Source: Acaryochloris marina S15 (GTDB lineage: Bacteria; Cyanobacteriota; Cyanobacteriia; Thermosynechococcales; Thermosynechococcaceae). From it: DNA of 32,000 bases. Made by a program: the position numbers and the translations under genes. Under the pieces are notes generated by a model. It saw only the letters and a list, made by a program, of their open reading frames with translations, searched no databases and was not told the DNA's origin. The DNA lies in the NCBI RefSeq assembly GCF_018336915.1, contig NZ_CP064923.1, positions 3,600,001-3,632,000 on the forward strand. Direction: 5' to 3'. Position 1 is the stretch's first letter; each line of letters opens with the position of its first letter. Below, in pieces: positions 16,712-24,817 of this stretch.

Positions 16712-16742
16712 AATTCTGATGGCTGAGTGGGACATCAGAATT
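16712..16742 (-). other. intercistronic hairpin between hydroxylase paralogs 3 and 2
   Basis: 10-bp stem aattctgatg / catcagaatt with an 11-nt loop, starting 4 nt after the paralog-3 stop. Confidence 0.35.
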
Positions 16743-16745
16743 AGA

Positions 16746-17576
16746 TTAGTGAGATTTCATAATCGCACCTAGGCGTTGTTCCCACTGGTTCTGAAGCTTT
16801 TTAGCATCCTGAACAAAGGGCGACCAAGAAATTAAGCGAATAAGGGTTTTGTTGAGGACAGAGACGGGAAATTGAAGGGGTCGGATCACATCGACAATGA
16901 GTACGACCCGAACCTCGTTGCTATCGTTCCAGACCTCATGGGGAAATCGATCATCAAAGACTAAACCTTGCCCCTGCTGCCAATGACGAATTTGATCCGC
17001 TACCCGCAGACGGCATTGGGTTTCGGGTTGGGGCACTTTTAGGGCCAGATGGTACCGGATGACTCCCTTGAAAACCCCGCAATGCTCGGGAATATGTTTG
17101 TGGGGCAACAAGATGGAGAAGAAGGCCGTTTTCATGCCCGGAATGGATTCGATCAGTTGGCTGGTTTGAGGACAGTGAGCACAGTTTTGAGCCGCTTTTA
17201 CCCCAAAGGCATAGAAGAAAAAGGTCTTCCAGCGATCGTCTTGGGTGAGACGGTACTGATCTGGCGATAAATCTTGGAAGTTGGGTAGCTCATCCTGATA
17301 CTGGAGAATATCATCCAGTTCTTGGACAATGATGTGCCAGTTGTTTTCTAGCCTCTTGATCCAGGGGAACTGTTGAGCTTCGATAAAAGGCGTATTTCCC
17401 ACTAGGGAGTAGGACTCGATCAGACCTTCGAATCGCCGCAATAACTGCTCGGCTCCCTTTAAAAAGAGCTGACGACTTTTAGTCTGCCAATTTCCATCGT
17501 GTTGACTGAAAGCATTCATAGCACTGGAGGTTTGAGTAGACAATCTGTCCTTGGCTTTCACTAAGGATGACGACAT
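16746..17576 (-). CDS. AspH/LpxO family Fe(II)/2OG dioxygenase, paralog 3 (most divergent)
   Basis: 276 aa with ATG start. KTAFFSILLPHKHIPEHCGVFKGVIRYHLALKVP...HWQQGQGLVFDDRFPHEVWN. Longer N-terminus than the other two. Confidence 0.85.
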   Translation of the reverse strand: MSSSLVKAKDRLSTQTSSAMNAFSQHDGNWQTKSRQLFLKGAEQLLRRFEGLIESYSLVGNTPFIEAQQFPWIKRLENNWHIIVQELDDILQYQDELPNFQDLSPDQYRLTQDDRWKTFFFYAFGVKAAQNCAHCPQTSQLIESIPGMKTAFFSILLPHKHIPEHCGVFKGVIRYHLALKVPQPETQCRLRVADQIRHWQQGQGLVFDDRFPHEVWNDSNEVRVVLIVDVIRPLQFPVSVLNKTLIRLISWSPFVQDAKKLQNQWEQRLGAIMKSH

Positions 17577-17595
17577 CAGATCGGGGAACGTTAAA

Positions 17596-19389
17596 TTACG
17601 ATTGATTCGCGGCCATAGGGGCCATCAAATCTGAGATATTGCCTTGGGTTTCTTGTTTCCACTCAGCAACGGGTTGAAAACTGTTTTCTAAAAATTTAGT
17701 TCGACAAGCGCGACGCTGGATCTTGCCACTAGAGGTTTTGGGGATGGCACCCGGCTTGAGAAGCAACACGGCATAGACTTCAGCCATATGGTCCTCGGCA
17801 ATGGCCAAACGAATTGCTCCGATAACCTCTTCGACGGGTAAGCGACGGAAAAAGTTTCGTTCCACTTCATGGACAATCACCAGATGCTCTTCACCATTCA
17901 GGGGAATGGAAAAAGCAGCGCCATGGTTGGGCCGTAGGGCCGGATGGCATTGCTCAACGGTTTGTTCAATCAGCTGGGGATATTGGTTACGCCCCCAGAT
18001 AATCATCAAGTCTTTAATACGGCCCGTGATATAGACTTCACCATCCTGGACAAAGCCTAGGTCGCCGGTACGTAGAAAGGGTCCTTCGCCGGTATCAGCC
18101 AAGTGGGCCTGAAAGGTCTCGGCGGTGATGTCAGGTCTGTTCCAATAGCCTTTGCCGACGCCGGCCCCAGACACCCAAATCTCACCGACTTGGTTTTCCG
18201 CACATTTAGTTCGGGTATCGGGATTTGCGATCGCAACCTTATCCCCTAACAACATGCGGCCACAGCCGATAATCGCCTGGGCTTTGTCAGACTCCGGCTC
18301 TACAGACACCACTTTATTTTCGGCCAGGGCCGTACTGTCGAGATAGCGAATCACGGGTGGCTCTGACTTCAGGCCCCCGGAGATAAATAAGGTGGTTTCA
18401 GCCATGCCATAACAGGGATAAAAGGCTTCCCGGCGGAAGCCACAGGGGCCAAAAAAGTCCACAAACTTATCCAGGGTATCGGCCTTGATGGGCTCTGCCC
18501 CAGAAAAGGCTACTTCCCATTTGCTCAGATCCAGCTTGTCTCGCTGCTGCGGCTTTACCTTTTGGCACAGTAAATCATAGGCAAAGTTGGGTCCGCCGCT
18601 GGTGGTCGCCCCATATTTAGACACGGCTTCTAGCCACAAAATCGGTTTTTGGATCAGGGAAATCGGCGACATCAGGGTCACTGGGAACCCCCCATACAGG
18701 GGTTGAAGAACACCCCCCACCAGACCCATATCGTGAAATAGCGGTAGCCAAATCACGCCTTGACTCGTGTCTGAATGGCCAAAGCCCTCATAAATCAATT
18801 TAGAGTTATGGAGCATATTGCCGTGGGTGACCATCACCCCTTTCGGATCTCCAGTGGACCCCGAGGTGTATTGCAAAAAGGCCAACGTGTCCGGCTCTAA
18901 GTCGGGCTGCACCCAAGCAGAGGCCTGATCCATGGGCACGGTATCCGTGGCCAGCCAGGTCAACTTATTTAAGTACGGCGCTAAATCAGGATTCTTTTTT
19001 AGCTGGGTTTTGAGATGCTCCAAAAATCCTGCGGTGGAGATCAGTACAGTCGCTTCCGAGGCTCGGGCGCGGATTTGGAGTTTGGCAATGGCTGCTGATT
19101 TACGGGGAGGATTATCGGTGACGGCCACTACCCCGGCATAGAGACAGCCAAAAAAGGCAGACACAAATTCTAGTCCGGCATCGTAGGGATAGACGACCAG
19201 AACGTTGGTGCCACGGGCGGTCAGGGCTTGTATTGCGGCTGCGATCGCACGGGCTTGCAAATCCAAGGTGGCATAGGTGAGAGTGCCGGATTCAGTTTTA
19301 CCATCGGCTAAAAAGGTATAGGCATCTAGATCAGACTGGTGCTGAGACCGCTCTCGAAGCAAATCGACTAGAGTTGAAGGCTGGGTCAT
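17596..19389 (-). CDS. fatty acyl-AMP ligase (FAAL)
   Basis: 597 aa with ATG start. LVDLLRERSQHQSD, FLQYTSGSTGDPKGVMVTHGNML, GPNFAYDL, YGMAETTL, LRTGDLGF, PKTSSGKIQR. First gene of the array. Confidence 0.9.
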   Translation of the reverse strand: MTQPSTLVDLLRERSQHQSDLDAYTFLADGKTESGTLTYATLDLQARAIAAAIQALTARGTNVLVVYPYDAGLEFVSAFFGCLYAGVVAVTDNPPRKSAAIAKLQIRARASEATVLISTAGFLEHLKTQLKKNPDLAPYLNKLTWLATDTVPMDQASAWVQPDLEPDTLAFLQYTSGSTGDPKGVMVTHGNMLHNSKLIYEGFGHSDTSQGVIWLPLFHDMGLVGGVLQPLYGGFPVTLMSPISLIQKPILWLEAVSKYGATTSGGPNFAYDLLCQKVKPQQRDKLDLSKWEVAFSGAEPIKADTLDKFVDFFGPCGFRREAFYPCYGMAETTLFISGGLKSEPPVIRYLDSTALAENKVVSVEPESDKAQAIIGCGRMLLGDKVAIANPDTRTKCAENQVGEIWVSGAGVGKGYWNRPDITAETFQAHLADTGEGPFLRTGDLGFVQDGEVYITGRIKDLMIIWGRNQYPQLIEQTVEQCHPALRPNHGAAFSIPLNGEEHLVIVHEVERNFFRRLPVEEVIGAIRLAIAEDHMAEVYAVLLLKPGAIPKTSSGKIQRRACRTKFLENSFQPVAEWKQETQGNISDLMAPMAANQS

Positions 19390-19480
19390 AGGGGCAATAT
19401 CCGCAATAGCAAAATCCTAAGTTTGAGAACATAAACCCGCTAGTACTTACATCACGACAAAGGCGGATCTGCATCACATT

Positions 19481-19510
19481 ACTGTAGTTGAGGGATGCTT
19501 TAGACTTCAA
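19481..19510 (-). promoter_or_regulatory. candidate promoter of the lipid array
   Basis: Minus strand reads TTGAAG (19510-19505), an 18-nt spacer, then TACAGT (19486-19481), about 90 nt upstream of the FAAL ATG. Motif match only. Confidence 0.2.
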
Positions 19511-20177
19511 GTATTCTTGCGTGCACTAGCCGTTTCTTACTCTTAATCAGACATAGTATTAGCCCTCTAGTTCTTACCTAACGATGGATTTGCCGATCAA
19601 CTGTGACGGTCAATTTTGTTGCATATTCGATCCGAAAATGCCATTTCGCCTGTCCATACTAGCGGTAGTTATGAGTCTGTTGATTGCCCACTCACCATCT
19701 AGCTTTCTGAGGTAAATACCTAGATTTCGCCCCTTAGATATTAGGCGTCTTAGACCCGGTTCTTAAGACAAATCACCACTCTAAAGGGATAATAGCTACT
19801 ACATGCATGAAGAATTAAGGCTCTAAGATTTTGTTTCTCTTATAGGAATGCACCAGAAAAGCGTTTACTAAGCTTGGTTGGAGAAGGTCAATCTACCAGT
19901 CAATAAATGAACCTCATGGTCCCTATTTACCTGTTTCTTGGTCATTTCTTTTACCCCACTCATTAATCACTCCAAAAATCCAAGCAAGCAGAGTTAGAGA
20001 GACTAAGAACAATAATTATTTCCAAGAAAAAATAGCCGACAATCGTAGCTATTGCGAACAGAGCCTCTGCCTAGAGCATAAGACCCAACAGTGGAGAAGG
20101 AGCCTAACCATGCAGTGTTTAAAGATGTTATTACCCAATTCAACCTCTAATGCCAAACTTGATCACACTACAAACTG

Positions 20178-21191
20178 ATGAATAAGTTTTGGCAACACAA
20201 AACGATTTTTCGCCTCCTGCTGCTGTTCTGCATTGGGCTAGGACTCGTTTTTCTCTTTCAAAAAATCAATCTCCAAGGTCGTGATCTGCTAGATGCATTT
20301 CAGCGGTTTAGCATCGAATCCCTATTTCTAATGTTAGGGGTTACTTTGGTACAAATGGCCTTTCAGGTAACTCGTCTCTGGGTACTTTGTCCTCAATCGG
20401 CAGGAGTGAGTTGGGCCCAAGCCGCAAATACTTACGTATCGGGCCAATTTATTGGCAATTTTGTTCTCAGCCAAGCGGGGCATGCCGTTAAAATTGCCCT
20501 GTTGCGCAAGGATAAAGATACCAAGGGCCGAAAAATTGATGCAGCTGAGGCTACAGCCGTCATCCTAGTGGATAAAATGCTAGATGTCGGCATTCTGGTC
20601 ACCCTAGCTGTTCTATCAGCATTACAAGTCTCCGTCGGTTTGCCCCAAGTCGATTGGTGGGAAAAAGGTATTATTTTGCTGATCGGCATCCCTTTTCTAG
20701 GGGTCGCATTGTGGGCCATCCTCCGAGGTTTGCGCCAACGGTTTCCAAAATTACGTCAATGGTTCCGAAAGTTTAAGATCGGACTAGCTGTAATTCGTAA
20801 TCCTCTCCAAATTCGTAATGCTGCGGTCATGGACTTGGGAGACTGGTTTACGGAATGTTTACTGTTGCAAATGCTATGCATGGCTCAAGGTCATGTCCTA
20901 TCTTTACCCCAACTTTTGATCTGCTTGTTTGTTCTGAACTTGGGGCTGACGGTGCCTACGACTATGGCCAACCTGGGTACCTACGAAGCTGCCCTAGCCT
21001 TTTCTCTCAATGGTATGGGGGTGCCCCTGGCGCAAAGTGTGGTGATTGCAACGATGTTTCATGCTTATCAACTATTCAGTTTGCCTGTGTGGACGTTTAT
21101 CCAAAAGTTGAGTTATCGCTTCTCACCCAAGTTAGACTCGACACTGTCCATTCCCATTCCTCAAAAACGCACAAAAGTTACCTCCAAGTAA
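20178..21191 (+). CDS. MprF-TM / lysyl-phosphatidylglycerol-synthase transmembrane-region (UPF0104, flippase-like) family protein
   Basis: 337 aa, about 8 TM segments. The N-terminal pattern FRLLLLFCIGLGLVFLFQKINLQGRDLLDAFQRFSIESLFLMLGVTLVQMAFQVTRLWVL fits the LPG_synthase_TM family layout. Divergent from the FAAL array. Confidence 0.6.
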   Translation: MNKFWQHKTIFRLLLLFCIGLGLVFLFQKINLQGRDLLDAFQRFSIESLFLMLGVTLVQMAFQVTRLWVLCPQSAGVSWAQAANTYVSGQFIGNFVLSQAGHAVKIALLRKDKDTKGRKIDAAEATAVILVDKMLDVGILVTLAVLSALQVSVGLPQVDWWEKGIILLIGIPFLGVALWAILRGLRQRFPKLRQWFRKFKIGLAVIRNPLQIRNAAVMDLGDWFTECLLLQMLCMAQGHVLSLPQLLICLFVLNLGLTVPTTMANLGTYEAALAFSLNGMGVPLAQSVVIATMFHAYQLFSLPVWTFIQKLSYRFSPKLDSTLSIPIPQKRTKVTSK

Positions 21192-21634
21192 CTGATTTAT
21201 AGGCATATGCCCCTTCTTTTTCAGTAAAAGGACTGATGGGTTGAGTCAAGCGGTTGTACAATCGCAAAATTGAATATAAACGAGCTACCGTAGTCTTGAT
21301 ATTTAAAAGGCTAACGTCTAGATAAGTTAAAACTCTTATCCTTTCATCAGCTTAAACCTGTACTTCTTCGTAAAAGTAGTTGAAGCTAGGGGATAAACCC
21401 AAACTGATATTAAAGCAGGTATAAAATGAGAGGCTATCTGAAACTAAGCTTTACCCATAAATCCTAAAACCCTCTCTAAGCAAGGCTTAAACTTTTCTGG
21501 AAAGTCTCATCTAGAAGTGTTAATCTAATAATTTAGCATCTATATTTTTATACTGACTGAGTTTTATATTTTCATAAAATAAATATCAAAACAAGATCAA
21601 AGGATAAAAATAATCTTATTAAATCAACAGAAAG

Positions 21635-23011
21635 TCATGAATATATCTCTTGCTCTGACTTTACTGACATTGCCATATTTTCATTCAAATGCAAGCAGTT
21701 CTTTTGACTTAAATAATAAGCCAAAATACCAACTATAAAATTAGATATTATTGCTGCAGTAAAAATTCCTGTCAAGCCACTCATATTGTTACCAATATAG
21801 GCAACAGGAATATAAATAATAAAGAATTGAAGAAATGAAATTGATATAGCCGGCAAGGGTTTTCCCATCGCATTAAATGCTGAGCTTGCAACTAAAATAA
21901 TGCCAACCATGCCATAGCTAATAGGTACAAAAGAATAATAAGTAGCCGTAATACCAACAACATCTAAATCTTGGTTAAAGTATGTCGCAATAGTTTGCCC
22001 TGAGAAATTCAAAACAACTGCAACAAATAAGCCCCACCCTAAACAGAATCTATAACTATATTGAAGAGCTTTTCGAACTCTTCCAAAGGCATTGGCTCCC
22101 CAGTTTTGCCCCACAAAAGGACCTATACTGGCAGCCAGCGCAGAAACAGTGATCAATGCAAAGGACTCTGTTCGAGTTGCGATACCAAAGCCAGCAACTG
22201 CTGCAGAACCATGACTAGAAATTAATCGAGTAATAATACCAGTGGCAAAGGGTGTAAGCAACATTGCGATTGCCACTGGACAACCAATTTTTAGAATTTC
22301 TTGCCAGCACTCAATGGTCTTTTGAAGACTAGGATGCTTCCGGGATAAGAGATTCTCCTTGACGCGCAGGACAAAAAGAACTGCTAGTAACGTGAATGCT
22401 CTTGAAATAACGGTTGCGATTGCGGCCCCTTGCAGCTCCAGTCGAGGGAAACCAAATTCTCCAAAGATAAAGAGTCGATCGAGAAAAATATTTAATGCTG
22501 CAGCAAAAGCCATTATGATTGTTGGCGATAGCGTATTCCCCGCAGCTCGAATTGCATTGGTGCCTACCATTGGAATAACTAAGAAAAGCATTCCTAAGTA
22601 CCAAATTTGCATATAATCTTTGATATAAGGCAAGACATATGGTCCTGATCCTAAGAGTTGAAATAAAGGTTCAATAGTAAAGAAACCAAGACTTACAAAG
22701 AGCATAACGATGACTAGGGAAAGACTCAAGCTTGCAGTAGTATATTGCTGTACTTGCTTCAAATTGCCTTTACCAATAGCTCGGGAAATGACTGAAGAGG
22801 TTCCAATTCCCAACCCCATCGCAAGACTGCCAAAAGTCATCACTACGGGAAAGGTAAAACTCATCGCTGCGAGCTGGTTGGTTCCTAGCTGTCCGACAAA
22901 ATAGGTATCAATTAGATTAAAAGCAATAACTGATATGATTCCCAATACCATGGGAGCCGTCAGTTTGAGAAGAATAGGCCCTATCGGTCCTTCGGTCAAT
23001 TTACATGTCAT
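21635..23011 (-). CDS. MATE family efflux transporter
   Basis: 458 aa, 12 predicted TM. N-terminus GPILLKLTAPMVLGIISVIAFNLIDTYFVGQLGTNQLAAMSFTFPV plus an internal duplicated half are typical of MatE/NorM. Markedly AT-rich codon usage. Confidence 0.9.
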   Translation of the reverse strand: MTCKLTEGPIGPILLKLTAPMVLGIISVIAFNLIDTYFVGQLGTNQLAAMSFTFPVVMTFGSLAMGLGIGTSSVISRAIGKGNLKQVQQYTTASLSLSLVIVMLFVSLGFFTIEPLFQLLGSGPYVLPYIKDYMQIWYLGMLFLVIPMVGTNAIRAAGNTLSPTIIMAFAAALNIFLDRLFIFGEFGFPRLELQGAAIATVISRAFTLLAVLFVLRVKENLLSRKHPSLQKTIECWQEILKIGCPVAIAMLLTPFATGIITRLISSHGSAAVAGFGIATRTESFALITVSALAASIGPFVGQNWGANAFGRVRKALQYSYRFCLGWGLFVAVVLNFSGQTIATYFNQDLDVVGITATYYSFVPISYGMVGIILVASSAFNAMGKPLPAISISFLQFFIIYIPVAYIGNNMSGLTGIFTAAIISNFIVGILAYYLSQKNCLHLNENMAMSVKSEQEIYS

Positions 23012-23697
23012 GAGCTGAATTCTCGAAACTGTATATTCTCGGATGCAGTTGAAAGGAAGAACTCAAGTCAAGAATTTCTAGTTCTTACGAATTGAGCACC
23101 AAATTTTAGTGAACATAAACCTAGTATTTCGAACACTGTGGCGGGATAACATCAGGCCATTGCAAACATTAATAGTTCTGTTCACTAAACCAACTGATTT
23201 TTTTCGTTGAACTAAATAACTAAATAACAAGGAATCAATGGTCAGCAACAATCTCGAATTCGTTGCCAAACAATAAGCAAAGCCTTTGACTATCCTGCTA
23301 ATCTTTTGAACGTCATAGATTATGATAAGTGCCAAATCAATTTGGTGATGTATACCAATATTTCCAGATACAGCAAAAGCCTTACATAATCAAAAAAATA
23401 ATTCTAATACCAATCACCAAAATACCAATTGTTTTTTGAGACAAACTACTCGATTTTAAAAAGCAAACAGTTTGCAGAAATTCCGAATATCAATACAGGT
23501 CATTTTGCTAGGTAATTGGTATAAAACTTATGAAACATTAAATTCAAAATATTCATGCATAAGAATCATCTTTCATTCTCTTTGTGGAGTAGCAAACTTA
23601 ACACTCTCTACTAGAAGCTAGAATTTTCGAGTGGCTAAGCTCTAGTATTTTTTTAAGCTTTTAATTTTTTGACTTCTATACATAAATCCTGAACTAT

Positions 23698-23733
23698 CTG
23701 CTGCAGAAAAAGTTCGGACTTTTTCTGCAGCAG
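23698..23733 (-). terminator. strong hairpin downstream of the RTX gene
   Basis: Perfect 16-bp stem ctgctgcagaaaaagt / actttttctgcagcag with a 4-nt loop, 37 nt past the stop at 23771. No U-tract on either strand. Confidence 0.5.
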
Positions 23734-23770
23734 CATAGCGCTATATTACTAGGAACTAGTAATGGCGAGA

Positions 23771-24817
23771 TTAGATGATAGAAGCAGCAACTTGTGCTTC
23801 CGATGCACCGCCCTGAACAATTGCGATTAAGTCACCACCAATAGAAATGCTAACTCCAAAAGGTAATGGACCAATGGTACTACCGATGCTGAAAACAGTA
23901 CCTGGTGATAGCTGAATCTTATCTAGTTGACCAAATTTAAAGTCTTGGATAAGGGCATAATCAGCATCCCCTTCACCCAGGTAATAGTTTTTAGGACCGC
24001 TACCTGCAGGTTGGCCGAGGATAGTACCATCATCTCCAAGAACGAAGACATCAGCTCCACGACCACCTCTTAGTTCATCAATTTCACCATCACCAAACCC
24101 AAAGGGGTCGATAAAGGGATCGACGCCAACGAGGACATCATCCCCACCACCACCAGATAGGGTGTCGTTCGAGAAACCACCGCCAACAAGGGCATCATTT
24201 CCTCTCCCCCCTCTGATTTCATCATCGCCGATACTTCCGAAAATAACGTCGTCACCAGCGCCACCATCTAAGAAATCATTACCATCTTCAGCATCAATGA
24301 GGTCGTTACCAGCACCACCGAAAATGCGATCATTCCCACTGCCACCGAAAAAGCGATCATTCCCAGCATCTCCGCGAATCCAGTCTGCGCCATCGCCACC
24401 GTTGAGAATATCGTCACCAGATCCGCCGCGAATATTGTCATCGCCAGCGTCTCCAAAGATATTATCTGCACCTAATCCTCCGGCAATAAAGTCATTACCG
24501 CCTCCGCCAAATAGGTTATCGTTTCCTGCGTCGCCTCGGATATCATCGTTTCCACCTTCACCAAAGATTAGGTCATTCCCATTGCCACCCCTGATAAAGT
24601 CATCATCTCCAGCAGCAGGATCAAAGACCCTAGAATCGCCAAAGATGACGTCATCACCATCTTGTCCAAAAAGCCGATCATTCCCAGCGCCTCCGATGAT
24701 GATATCTACACCAGCACCACCACGGATCAAGTCATTGCCATTAAGACCAAAGATGCCATCACCATCAGCAGTTCCTGTAATGAAATCAGCGAGATTAGAA
24801 CCAACAATAGTAGCCAT
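23771..24817 (-). CDS. RTX / hemolysin-type calcium-binding repeat protein
   Basis: 348 aa. More than 20 tandem nonapeptides of the GGxGxDxUx type (GGAGNDRLFGQDGDDVIFG, GGNGNDLIFGEGGNDDIRGDAGNDNLFGGGGNDFIAG...). No N-terminal signal peptide, as expected for type-I-secreted proteins. Confidence 0.9.
   Translation of the reverse strand: MATIVGSNLADFITGTADGDGIFGLNGNDLIRGGAGVDIIIGGAGNDRLFGQDGDDVIFGDSRVFDPAAGDDDFIRGGNGNDLIFGEGGNDDIRGDAGNDNLFGGGGNDFIAGGLGADNIFGDAGDDNIRGGSGDDILNGGDGADWIRGDAGNDRFFGGSGNDRIFGGAGNDLIDAEDGNDFLDGGAGDDVIFGSIGDDEIRGGRGNDALVGGGFSNDTLSGGGGDDVLVGVDPFIDPFGFGDGEIDELRGGRGADVFVLGDDGTILGQPAGSGPKNYYLGEGDADYALIQDFKFGQLDKIQLSPGTVFSIGSTIGPLPFGVSISIGGDLIAIVQGGASEAQVAASII

Noticed and set aside
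19437-19666. 9-nt complementary segments ccgctagta / tactagcgg 210 nt apart in the array leader (possible long-range pairing)
   Set aside because: The match is too short and the segments too distant to distinguish from chance.
23078-23335. 85-aa minus-strand ORF (TTG start) in the AT-rich spacer
   Set aside because: It has an alternative start only, no SD, and low-complexity composition typical of chance ORFs in AT-rich DNA.
23771-24817. Periodic DNA repeats as a CRISPR array or satellite
   Set aside because: The periodicity is 27 nt and degenerate, lies in one long ORF and encodes RTX nonapeptides. There are no spacer-like unique inserts.
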